From positions 20,832,001 through 20,896,000 of the forward strand of contig NC_082722.1 of NCBI RefSeq assembly GCF_030144855.1: a stretch of 64,000 nucleotides of DNA, given 5' to 3'. The DNA is from Hypanus sabinus. Lineage: Eukaryota. Shown in pieces: positions 51,421 to 63,887 of the stretch. Numbering within the stretch: the first letter of the stretch is position 1; each line of letters begins with the position of its first letter. Under the pieces are notes generated by a model. The model was not told where the DNA came from, ran no database searches, and saw only the letters and a program-made list of their open reading frames with translations. A program made the translations under genes and the position numbers.

Positions 51421-54400
51421 GCTAAAAATTCCAGCTTACACATGGAGAAAAGCAAAACATTGTTTCTCTCATTTACATTGTTTCAAAGGTGAAGGTTATT
51501 GCTGCTGCAGTGTTGTATAAATATCACCACGTTCTTTTCACTTATAATGATGACAACAAAACAGCAATTAATTCAAATTTAAAAGTAATTTATTTTAACT
51601 TATTTAAAGAACTATACCGTTTCAAATGTATCTAAACCATTTTATTTCAATATGTTTTAAAAGTTACATTTAATGTCAGTGAAAATTATACAATATACAT
51701 CCTGAAATTCTTTTTCTTCACAAACATCCACGAAAACAGAGGAGTGCCCCAACGAATGAATGGCAGTTAATCGTTATAACCCCAAAGACCCCCCACCCCA
51801 GCTCATTCCTCCCACAACGAACCCCCACACACCAACAAAAATGCATCTGCTTCCTCCACCGAACACACAAGCGTGCAGTAAAGCATCAGAAAAGACAGAG
51901 ACTTACTGTACCCCAAAGATTACTCGTCCACCCGGTTTTCCACATACCACGGGCTCTATCCGTTCTTAATAAGGGCAAAGGAGATGTCCCGGTTTCACAG
52001 CGAGAGGGGAGACATAACAAAACACCTCGTTGATTCATGGTCTTAAAGGTCTGTTGCCACGCTTTTTCCGAGATTTGTGCCCAAAGCACTGGCGTTTCTG
52101 GGCACACAGTCAGAAGCCCCTCGCTGATTTCGATCTTCCGTGCACTCCCACGACACATCAGGCGGCGGCAAAAGTTATCGTGTCTTCCAGGCCGTGTCCT
52201 GGGCATATCTAAAAGCGGCCAGTCGTGAGGCCCAGAGAGCGGGTCCAATTTCTACAGAAAACCGAAGTTCGCGTGTAAATCCAAGTCAGGCTCTTCAAAT
52301 GAAATCTGAAAGGGGAAACGAGATATTAAGGATAGAACTGGCGATTTTTAACGAAGATGCAAGCAAAGGAATCGCCGTTAGTGCAGTTTTGCTCCGAACT
52401 GCACTCCGTTAGCACAAACTAAAGAGAAAATCGAGACAACCAAACTGTTGGAAACATCACTGTCCGTGAATTATCGACACATGCTGTAATGGAACAGGAA
52501 AATTCAAGTTGCATCCCTGGTTCCATTCGTAAAATAACTAGTTTACCTGTTCTGCAACTAAAATTAAGGACCACGATACCCAATCTGGGTATGGAAAGTG
52601 AAGACAAATTGTTCAGATCCATCATTGTTAAAATGAAATGGAATTCATGTACCAGCTGAACAATGAGTAACTCAGAAGCATTCGTAGGAAATGCATTCCC
52701 CCAGTGAACTCTGCCTAACATTTAGATGAACTGCATCAGTAGGGAAAATGAATTCGCATCAATAGACACTATAATAGCAGTGATAAATTTATTAACTACA
52801 TGAGGTATCCAGTTGGCAAAATGGCTACTGAGTGTATTTTACTATATCCGTGATGTTTTGCTACGGCAGCCCACCTGCTACAAGGTTCGACGTTTTGTGT
52901 TTTCAGAGATGCTTTTTCTGTAAACCATTGCTGTAACATGTCTTTACTGTCATTTTCCTGTCAGCGTGAAGAGTCTAGCCAGTCTCCTCTGGTCTCTCTC
53001 ATAAACTATGAGTTTTTGCTCAAAGAATTGTCACACACTTGATGTGTTTTCGTGTTTTTTCGCACCATTCTCTTTAAACGTTAGAGACTGTTGTACATGA
53101 AGTTCTCAGCCAATCCACAGTTTCTGAGATATGAAATCACCCAGGCAGGCACAACAATCATTCCACGTTCAAACGCACTTAGTTCGCATTTCTTCCACAT
53201 TCGGATGTTTGGTCCGATCAAACAATTATATTTTTGGCCATGTCTGTATGCTTTTATGTCTATATGTCTAACTAGATATTTGCATTAGCGAGCATGTATG
53301 CAGGTTTACCTAATAAAATGGCCAATGAGTATATATCTAATTATACGAACAATGCCGGCAATATAATACCATACAGTTATGCCATTGAGACTGAATTCGG
53401 GGCTGTTCATTGTGCCTGGATGCAGCGAGATGTGGGACGTGACTCAAAAGAGAAAGTTTACCCTCTAATACGTTGGGAATTTCAAAGACATATCGGGAAT
53501 TTTCAAAGTCTGCAGACTACTGGAAAAACAACTCAGCAGAAGTAGGGCACTTGGCAACTCGAAATGTTTCGCCATTCAATAAAATTGTGACTGATCTGAC
53601 GGTAACATCAAATTCCGACCCCGCCCATCACAGTAACTTTCGACCTCCTGCTTCTTGAGCAGATTTTAACGTCAACAGTAAAATCACACAAAAATATAGG
53701 ATTCCATGTTTTGTTTCAAGAAGAGACATCCAAAGACACGAAGCACTGCGAGTAATTTATGTTACCACACATGGGCATATAAGACTTTCATAGCTACCTC
53801 CTTTAGAGCAGTCAAGATCAAATACTCATCAATCGGTACCACTTCTCCGTTTCTAAACTTCAGCGGATGCAACTGTAGCCAGCCCAACAATCCTTAACTG
53901 ACTACACTCCCATCTACGGATCAGTCTTATATACCACCACGCAGAACTGTATCCAATGTATTTGCACCATTCCTTAAATTGAAGTTCAGCGTTCAGAGTA
54001 AACGTATCGTCAAAATAGGTATTTGTCACCATTTATTACCCCGAGACTCATTTTCTTGCAGGTATTCGCAGCGCAACAAAGAAATGCAATATATTCAATG
54101 AAAAAAAAAACTGCATACAAAGACTGACAAGCAACCAATGTGCAGAGGAAGACAAACTGTGCAATACAGAAAACTGTAATAATCATAAATAATTAGGTAA
54201 GGAAATATGCTAAGAACATGAGCTGAAAGGTAACTGAAATAAATTGTTTTCCTGATGAATGGTCTCGGCTGGAAACTTTGGCTACTCTTTTCTCACGGAT
54301 GCTGCCTGACCTGCTGATTTCTTCCAGCGTTGTGTACATATTCTTCGATCCACAGCATATGCAATTGTATTTTTGTGTTTTGAAAGCAAGTTCATCGTTT

Positions 54401-55269
54401 ATTGAATCAGTTCAGTATCAAGAAGAGTGAAATTATCCACGTTGGTTCAGAGGCCTGATGACTGAAGGTAATCATTGTTCCTAAATCATTGTCTGGGACC
54501 TAAGGCTGCTGTATTTCCGTCCTGATGGCATATACCCCGCAGAACCCTGCTGTATGTTTTATTTGTTTCGACAGGGTCTTATGCTTTCCTGTGCTTTTCT
54601 ACCCATTAGCTCGGAACAAATTTATGCTGTTGGAAGTATAGAGATGTAAGCTTTATCTCTGAAGCATTTAAAACTAAAAATATATCGGCATTTTTATTCA
54701 ATTGTTAACTAAGGAGCTACCACGACAATCCCAACCGCTCTCAAACGAGGCAATTTTTTATCAGCCAGCTTGTTTTTAAGTGCTTAGTAATCTGTCCAAG
54801 CTACTGCTCCATTCTTACACACCATGAAGAGTGGACTAATGGAGAACAGAGAGTGGTTCATGTAGAACTAATCACAGTCCTCTCATCTTTAGGATTTAAG
54901 TGTCGATAAAAAGGAATATCTGAAGATCAAGGCAGAAATCTCGACGGAAAACTTAACTTCTGGAAATAATGTTTTCTGCTACAGACAGATTTTTGTATTC
55001 GGCATCACAAATTGCCTGTAACTTAAACCTAAGCTGTCTGTCGTTAGAATAGTCTCCAGATCAACACAAACATAACGTTCACAATGTCCATATCCTCTGC
55101 TGGCTAAAATCCTCAAAAAAAAAAAGACCTCAATTACACCGCGTGGGATCCAATAGACAAAATATGTGTTACCTATGAACAGGTTTAGGTCCCAAGCAGC
55201 TACATATTTTCAGATCGGAGAGGACAGTAGATACAATTTAATAATGGTGTCAAAGCTCCTTTGAGTACA

Positions 55270-55680
55270 GCATAACATATATAACCATATAACAATTACA
55301 GCACGGAAACAGACCATCTCGGCCCTTCTAGTCCATGCCGAACGCTTACTCCCACCTCGTCCCAACGACCTGCACTCAGCCCATAACCCTCCATTCCTTT
55401 CCTGTTCATAGACCTATCCATTTGTTAATGACATTATCGAACCTGCCTCTACCACTTCCGCTGGAAGCCCGATCCACACAGCTACCACTCTCTGAGGAAC
55501 GAAGCTTCCCCCTCGTGTTACCCCTAAACCTTTGCCCCTTAACTCTCAACTCATGCCCTCTTGTTTGAATCCCCCTACTCTGAATGGGGAAAACCTATCC
55601 ACGTCAAATCTATCTATCCGCCTCATAATTTTAAGTACCTTCATCAAGTCCCCCTTCAACCTTCTACGCTGCAAAGAATA
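55270..55680 (-). mobile_element. CR1 3' fragment specific to the right arm
   Basis: Reverse complement of the 41350-41645 region with (ATATGGTT)n tail; absent at the equivalent left-arm position. Confidence 0.8.
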
Positions 55681-57262
55681 ACATTCCAAACCTTCGTGGA
55701 AACTCGGCAATATAACTGCTCAATATATCGAGGCGTTTTGCATGGTAATCAGTATCTTAACGCATTTCGTTGGAAGCACGTGGAAGCTCAGTATTGTTTC
55801 ATCGCCAACAAGAATACGTTTAAATATTCAGTATTGTCTTTTTATAAATGCATAGCAATTCATGCCCTACCAGGTTAACTTAATTTTTTGCTTGATGTAC
55901 TATCCTCTTGTCTGCCGTTTACTTTCTGGGAGTGTAGGAGATATTTCAAAAAGCAGCATTTCCGGCAACACAACTGCTCGTGCTTATTGGATTTTAAATT
56001 GATCCTCGGAACTGGAATCAATCATTTGATACTTCCTCGAAGCGCCCTTTATAAATTATATCGCAGTACCTCTTGAATCACCGTCATCATTAAACTGAAT
56101 AACTTGCGGCTTGAATTCTGAGCTCTCTCTTTATGTGATCAAAACCCTATACCATGAATCTATTTCTATCACAGACATCATTTGCTGCTGCTTTACGCTG
56201 ATTTCTTTGTGTGAGCTGGTCACAGCAGCGAGTAAGGAATCTGAGAATTTGGTGGAAACACGGGGAAAATCTGCAGATGCTGGAAATTCAAGCAGCACAT
56301 CGTCAGGTGTGTATCCCTTTTGTGAATCAACATCCCAGGTCTTAGCTTAATCTCTCCCCCTCCTGTCTTCTCCAATCATTTCGGAGCTTCTCCTCCCTAT
56401 CCCACTTTCGAATTTCTTACTATCTCAGCCCGAAACGTCGACTGTACTTCTTCATATATAACATATAACCATATAACAATCACAGCACGGAAACAGGCCA
56501 TCTTGGCCCTCCTAGTCCGTGCCGAAGATGCTGACTGGCCGGCAGCGTTCCACGAGCATTTTGTATGTGTCGCCTGAGTATTATGGGACCTTACTTTGAA
56601 ACTTCAGCATTTAAATTACATTCAAATTGCTGAAGATATTAGCATCAATGCTCAGAATTCAAAATCATACGTTATGCCAGAGACATGTACATGACGATGT
56701 CCGAGGGAATATAAATGCTGTTCAAATTAGTCTCGTTCATCATTTCCCTTTTGGTTTGTAATCCAGACAGTAAGCAGTAGTTATTTGGCCGAACCGTTAT
56801 AACCAAACCCTGAAGAATATTATCAAGAGAAAAAAACTTTTCATTTATGTAACACTGTCTCTACCCGTCGCGGCTTAAAACCTTTTGGCCATAAGAGCAC
56901 GACTGCTTTAGTAGAGAAACCAGCGCGGTGCTACTTCACTGAAGGGACATGATTGAAATGGAGCAAAACTGCAAATGAAAATTGAAATGAAGAAATTTTG
57001 ATATTAGTTTGTCCGCCTATCTTATTAGACATCTTTGAACTCCTAAGCGGGTTTTCTTCTTTACCATCAAAATGCGTAGAGTACAGTTTTGAATTTAGAT
57101 CTCAATCGAGATTTGGATAATTCCTGAATTCAGCAAGACAGCAAAATTTCCAGCATTATCACGAAAGTACTAGGTAGGCCATGCAAAATATTAGAACTAT
57201 AAGATTTCTTATCTTCCTCCTAGCTCAGGCAGATTTTATATCTGAACGACATTAGTCCGCAT

Positions 57263-57311
57263 TGCGGTGGCGTCGTCCTACGTCATGTTTACATGATTAA
57301 TACATTTCCTC
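57263..57311 (+). promoter_or_regulatory. Gene B proximal promoter motifs: RUNX TGCGGT, CRE-like TACGTCA, ETS-like ATTTCCTC
   Basis: Reverse complement of the gene A motifs, same order and spacing. Confidence 0.4.
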
Positions 57312-57388
57312 ACGAAGACCTTTTCCTCCAACAAATTCTTTAAAATACCACTTGCATTGCAGGAATCGGTCGATACGCTTTCTGTAAG

Positions 57389-57443
57389 ATGTCGGATAAA
57401 TTCATGGTTTCGTACATGGCACTTCAGGCGATTACTTGGCTAA
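57389..57443 (+). CDS. Gene B exon 1, signal peptide
   Basis: MSDKFMVSYMALQAITWL, donor A|gtatgc. Confidence 0.8.
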
Positions 57444-60400
57444 GTATGCTGATTTATTCCAGTCGCTTCCGAACTGAATATTCTCTTATAGAATATTTAA
57501 CTCTGGGAGCCCGCGGCATATTTGTTTACACGCTTCAGCTATTCGGCCGTCTTTGTCTTTTAGATGTCCAGTGCTTACGTCTTTCGATTTTGTTAATTCA
57601 GTGTGTTTAACTGTTATTAATAATCTTGATTATTTTTACGGCAGCCGCCAAAGTAAGTGCGTGCGAGGTATCTCAGTTCCCTCCGGACCTGACCGTCCCG
57701 GGAGGTGCGAATGTTACCATGAAATGCAAATTTCCACTATTGCAAGATACTGTTGACGTTCGTTGGTGGAGGGAAGGTGACAACACATCTTTACAATGGG
57801 ACAGCAGAAGGCAATTTACTAAAAAGAGGGGAAGGGGAACACTTGTGCTCTGGAATGTCACTGTCGCCGACTCCGGAAAGTATTACTGTGAAGCAAAGAT
57901 TCAAGGAAGATTTCTCGGGAGAGGAAATGGCTCCAGGCTCACTGTGTTCGGTGAGTGTGGCGCATAATAGTTAATTCATTTTATCGTATTGTACTTCCCC
58001 AAACTCTTTCCCATTGCACTTAGTCCAGCCCTGTTCATCAGCTATCTCCCAATTAAACATGATGTCCAATGTTTGTGATACCCTTGGACTTTACCCTTAT
58101 TATTGCGAAGGTACTTGGAATACAACAAATTACTTTTCAAGCAAGGTTAGAATTGTTTTGCAAGCAAGAAGTCGAAACACTATTCATACTGAACGGCTGG
58201 AGTTGGATAACTCGATTCGTCATCACAGAGGACGTAAAATATGAAAACATATAATCGCTATCATAAAGTCTGCATGCAGCAGCAAAACGCTCCATTTCCG
58301 CATCAAAGGTAGTGATAAATAATATCCAGCTCCAAACGAGTTAATTCCAACATCACTAACGAGTTGTCTCATGCACTGCAATTTGCCATGCAGGACGAGC
58401 AAAATCTATATTTCTTTCACCATACAAAACGGGGAGAAATAAAAACGTCCCAAGATCAAGGTGATTTTTGATAGGGTTGGGCAACAACTTACAAATAACT
58501 TCATTAATTTCTGTCTGCCATTTTCAGCCCACCTGGTCCATAACCCGCTTCCAGCCTTGATACACATGTACACAGAACTAGTCAAAGGCCTTCGTTGAAA
58601 GAACAACTATCTGCGACCATACTCTGGTTTCTCCGGAGAAGCCAACGTTAGATACAACTTACTTCTTCAACATGAATGCCAAGAGAACGTACCTGATCAG
58701 ACCACCACCCCATTGCAGAACTTTTTCAAAGACCTTGCTAAAATCCATGTTGACCATATCCACCGCTATCCTTCATCAAAATCAATGGTAATCTGCTCGA
58801 CAAACTCATTAAAATTGGTTAGACACAACCTACCTTGCTCAAAAAATGTTGTCTATACCCGATAAAGCCCGGTCTATTCAAATATTTATATATCCCATTC
58901 TTTAAAATATCTTCGAATAAGTTACCCACTGTTCTGTAATACCAACTAGTCTATAATATCCCGGCTTATTCCGAGAGCATATACTGAACAACGACTGAAC
59001 TAGAAACATTATTGCAGAGCAACTTCTTGGGAAACTAAAACGTCTGAATGTATGTAATTCACCTAGACTAGATGATGCACATCCCCGGATGCCGATAAAA
59101 GTTGCCGATGAGATTGTGGAGGTATAAGCAAAGATCTTTCGAGAATGACTAGATGCTAGAATAATCCTGATAGACTGGAAAACTGCAGATGTTACACCAC
59201 TCTTCAAGAAGGCAGAGAGGCAGAAAAGTGAAACTGTAGGCCAGTCAGTCTACCTCACTGATTGACAAGAAGTTGGAGTCTGTTATTAAGGATCAGGTCT
59301 TAGGTTAGTTGGAGGCATATAATACAACAGTCCATATTCAGCATGATAGTCTGAAGGAAAACTCGCCAGACAAATCTGATTGAATTATTTGAAGGAATGG
59401 AAAGCAGGATAGATAAAGGTAGGTAGAATCGGTTGTTGTGTACTTGGATTTTCAGAAGGCCTATTTACAATGCCCAATCTGTTTAACCAGCTACGAGCCC
59501 AAAGTATTGCAGGAAAAATTCTAGGGTGAATAAAGCACTGGGTGGTTGGTAGGAGACAAATAATGGGAATAAACGGAGCATTTTCTGGTTGGCTGACCGT
59601 GACAAATGGTGTTCCACAGGGGTCTGCGTTGTGACCAATTCTTTAAAGGTTATAAGTCAATGATAAATAGCTAGTCATATGAGAGCATTTTGTGGCTCTG
59701 TGGCTATTTTCACTAGAATTCAGAAAAAAAATATATTATGGGTGACCGCACTGAAACCGACTAAAACTTGAAGGTACTTGATAGTGTGGATAGTGTGGAA
59801 ACGGTGTGGATTTCAACACCGTTGAAATTATATCTTCAACGGTGGGAGAATATAAGACCCGAGGACTCAGCTTCAGAATAGAATGGGCATCCTTCTAAAA
59901 AGGAAATGAAGGGGATTTTTTTGGCCACAGGCAGCTGTGGAAACACAGTCTTTATGGATGCTTTAAGCAGAGGTGATAGATTCTTGATTGGTTAGGGCAT
60001 AAACAGATATGGGGAGAAGGCAGGAGATTTAGACTGAGAGGAAAATATTAGCTACGATGAAATGGCAGGGCAAACTTGGTGGGCCAAATGGCCTAATTCG
60101 GCTCCTATATCCAATAGTCATATGGTCTTAAGAAATTAGTTATACAGTACTCTTCCCGCACCTCACCCACGAGTAAGGACATTCTGAATATCTCTATCGG
60201 GGCCCTTTGACTTTCTGCACAAGTTTCCAACGAGTTCAGATGGGACACCTTGCCATGTTCCGGGGATATCTGCACCCTAATTTGCCTCGAGGCTCTAATC
60301 CGTATATGGAACATGACATTGTTTCTGGATTGCATAAATTTTATAGTCTCTGTGTACGTCTCCCAGGTAAATACAAATGGAAATGTATCAGATCTTTCCC

Positions 60401-63400
60401 CACCCAATCCCCAACTCCCATCTTTTTCGGCTCCATGCATTGTTATTCCAGCTGATCTTAAAATAGATCAATTTTATCTGTCGCTATCCCTTGGTGCTTA
60501 GTGTATCTGTAGAAGCCCTTCGATTTTGTTTCACCTTAGAATTGTCCTTCAGTTAGAATTTGAGAAGGCCAAGAATGTAGACTTCGGTACAGGCGTAGGA
60601 AGTGGAGTCCGGCAACCGTGAGCTCTGTTTGGCTATTGTTGGCAGAACGACACCGACCATAGCTGTAGCGGAAGCAGTCCACGTTTACAAAACCTTAAAA
60701 TTGAGTTCGCAATTTCCACAAACGATCCCATAGCAGTGCCAAGTCACTGTCGACAATATTGCTGCACGACTTCAGGTATTAGAAAGAATGGAACTATGGA
60801 ATCAATCCAGTTAATATCAATTTGCATTGCGTTCCTGGTTGTTTCACGGAGGAGATGATTTGCCACATTCAATACGGGGTAACTGTTGCAGGAAGGTTCA
60901 CATTCCAGGGAAAGCTCCATCACTGAATGTTTAGGACAGGAAAGATCAACCACAAGACCTGGAACGCTTCCTAAGCGGTTGAACGACCAAAATATTAAAC
61001 TCCACGTGCATTTGTACCATAGAAATCTGTGATACTTTGGGTTTTGTTGCTCAGTCCTGATACGAAAAGAAAAATCCAAATGTAGCCAGCTTTCCAAAGA
61101 TAACGGCTGCCACAAACCCAACTGTGCATTGAAGCTCAAATGCTAATCAAAAGAGAATGTCTTCCTCACTTCGGACCTCTTAGCTTCGCTGTCGAGGTGT
61201 ATTATCTGAACTCTTCCTTTCATCCATCTCACAAGGGGACTGTGTTTTATTTTGCATATTTTGTGACTAGCTGTGTGGGATGGTAACTCCATGTGTTGTG
61301 TGTGACTACATATATATATACTATATTTTGCAACTTGGCCCCAGAAAAACAATGTTTCGCTTAGCGGTGTGTTGGTATGTTTGAGCAACAAACAAACTGA
61401 ACGTGAAATAAAAGAAATTATTAAATACTGGTTAATATTTGCGGGTAACTCATTAGATAGTTAAAATGTCATGGTAGTTGACGGGGAGATGAAGGAATCT
61501 AACTGCATTTAAATGGATCGAAAATACCCAATATAAATTTGTTTTTACTCAAGCTCTTCCAACTCCATTGGAAATTGTTCCTATTGGAGGGTTTTCGTCT
61601 CCTCGAAAGCTCCTTTGTAAAACGGCTGCCTTCTACCCGGAGAAATTAGAAATCGTTTGGCAAAAAAATAATAAACAAATTCGCACTGGAATACGGATTG
61701 TGACAAACCGAAGCGTGGATGGCTTGTACGAAGCTTCTAGCTTATTGGAAATCACGCAGTCTACATGGGGAAACGATGTTTACATCTGTCTGGTGTCGCA
61801 TGTCTCTCTCACGGTGCCTGCCTGTTTCAGCTACATCCTGGAGCAAGGTAAGATGGTGTCTCGATGAAGTCCCTGATCTCGGTCTTAAATGTTGACGCTT
61901 CAGCTTTGCCTGATCGGCTAAGTTCTTCCAGGATTTTATGTGTTACTCTGAATTTCAACATATTCAGAATCGTTTGCGCTCAATGTAAGATGGAAGTGCT
62001 TACAAGTCATAGTGGTGGGGTCAATGTAACCTTGTTAAGAACAGTAACTGAACAGTACGCAAACACGGAAGAATGACTAATTTTGAAGATTAGTAATTGA
62101 TAGGGAATATTAAACGTGAAAGGTGTTCAGTAGTTGATGCTTTATTCTCGTCGGTGTAAATTGTGTAGGACGAATTAAGAAATTGAATACGTGCAGTATT
62201 TGTACCGTCGCAAACATCTGGACATTTGCTAAAAATATGACAAAGCAAAACGTAAACTCTAAAACACATTGTGAAATAACAAAGGTGGGGATATACATTT
62301 CGTATCTTACGATATATTTTCTGATCATCTGTAGTGAGATTAAAAACGAGCCTATAAAATACTTTGATTCTCATCTGTGCATTTGTTTATCGATGAATAA
62401 ATGGTTCACAGTTTCTTGTTTTCCCCCAGTTCGTCCGCAAGGCGCTGAAACTAAATTGATTATCGCATATACAGTGGACGGATTGGCAATTTTAGCACTG
62501 ATAATAGTTTTAGTGAAAGCCAACTTAAAGAGATCGCACGGTAAGAAATCTGATCGCTTAGAAACATTAACTCTATTCGTCCAAACAGACGTATAAATGA
62601 CATTTAACTTCAAAACAGTAAATGTTCTTCACCAAATGTTTGGACATGGATCGCGGTTTTCGAAGTCAAATTTCAGTGATAATATTCGGTTACAATAGAA
62701 GCTAGAACTTAAAGTTCAACTGTTTCACCAGTCTACTCGAAATATTACACATCTCATTCACAAATGCTTTTCCATGAATTTGGAACTCTTCAACTGTTTT
62801 AAACACAATGGCAGATGGATATTTTGAAACATGAAGACTATTGTCGAACTCGTACATGTCTCGTTGATTTTAATTTCCATTTCAGAGACAGTATTTAAAT
62901 GTACTACGGCCACTAATATGCTCTTATCACTTTACGGCTTCGTTAGACGTCTACGTTTAATGAGCATAGTGCCGTGGTTCTGAAATATCGGTGTCTTGAG
63001 CTGTACCTCTCACACAATGAATTCGCTTGGTATCAGAATAATAATATCCAATTTTTACAATACAAATAATTCATTTTATCTTTCTTAAGGGATTAACACA
63101 GGTTCTTTGGACGGATCTCAGAAAGAAGAGCCGGCATATGAATTGGTTCGTCTTCTTTCAGAGTCAAGTGTACGCATATTAGCGATATTATAAATTTATT
63201 TTGTTCCATAACATTTTGGAATGCAGTAGGGATCGTAGGGAAGAATGAAACAATTCTCTCTGACGACTCTTTATTTTGAAGTATATATCCAAGATGATTT
63301 TGAATATTCCTGTTGAGTATGCTTCCTATCGTCTTTGAGGATTCCACACCAGTTCCTAACCAGTTGTATTAAGGTGCACGGTAACATTAACTAATGAAAG

Positions 63401-63664
63401 TTAAGATGTTAATCATAGCTGGTGTGACGAATAACTAAATACAAATCTAAGACAGGGACGTTTTGGCTGTCAAATGTCGGTTTACGTGAATCACGGTGGA
63501 GTGCCACTCAGAAAATACAGTACACACAGGAATCATTTCACAATATATGTTACATTTGATTTTAACGCATAATAAGCAGGAACAAAAATTCAACGAAATC
63601 TTGTTTTGGAAAGTCATATGCAGTCTTTAACCCCGATTCCCAGCAAGAACCCACACAGCCGTGA
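57389..63664 (+). CDS. Gene B: paralogous VJ-C1-TM IgSF receptor; exons 57389-57443, 57645-57950, 61554-61847, 62430-62540, then 63090-63193 (read-through, 289 aa) or 63090-63133 plus 63614-63664 (GC donor, 286 aa)
   Basis: Same exon sizes and phases as gene A for exons 1-3; TM LIIAYTVDGLAILALIIVLV; 3' structure ambiguous because the exon 5 donor is GC. Confidence 0.85.
57645..57950 (+). CDS. Gene B exon 2, V-set Ig domain with J-like motif
   Basis: TMKC, VRWWR, DSGKYYC, LGRGNGSRLTVF; acceptor ttttacggcag, donor G|gtgagt. Confidence 0.95.
58690..60560. mobile_element. Cluster of old CR1 fragments in gene B intron 2
   Basis: WKTADVTPLFKK, DFQKA, GVPQGS and NPKGFYRY-like remnants in both orientations; part shared with gene A intron 2 (3130-3530). 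Confidence 0.7.
61554..61847 (+). CDS. Gene B exon 3, C1-set Ig domain
   Basis: LLCKTAAFYPEKLEIVW...YICLVSHVSL; acceptor tttttactcaag, donor G|gtaaga. Confidence 0.95.
62430..62540 (+). CDS. Gene B exon 4, transmembrane segment containing Asp
   Basis: Acceptor ttttcccccag; (V)RPQGAETKLIIAYTVDGLAILALIIVLVKANLKRSH(G); donor G|gtaaga. Confidence 0.8.
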
Positions 63665-63845
63665 ATAACCTGCAATGTAATCAAATATGGAAGAAGAAAA
63701 CCAAGTAGTATGTGGTGCACAATGATACCCAAACGAAAATCCACAAGACACCTTATAATCCACGAGGCTCTGCTGAATGACGATCATCCTCAATTTCGAA
63801 GGAAATGTCTGAAAAGGATAAAAGTACTGCCATCTCCCTTTATGG

Positions 63846-63851
63846 AATAAA
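63846..63851 (+). terminator. Candidate polyadenylation signal of gene B
   Basis: AATAAA about 180 nt after the last predicted stop codon. Confidence 0.3.
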
Positions 63852-63887
63852 ACCAAATATTAAAAACCTCTAACACAACTTTTCTGT

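Larger units (their letters stand above)
49750..63820. repeat. Right arm of inverted segmental duplication
   Basis: See left arm; paired ORF translations such as 21442-21633 vs 53706-53897 and 32663-32848 vs 49800-50081 confirm collinearity. Confidence 0.9.

Noticed and set aside
60744-61139. 131-aa minus-strand ORF in gene B intron 2
   Set aside because: The gene A counterpart (about 2900-3140) has a TAG and frameshifts; no recognisable domain or splice signals
62886-62993. Alternative tail exon after TM in gene B (and about 899-980 in gene A)
   Set aside because: Reading frames diverge between copies after a few codons, unlike the accepted exons
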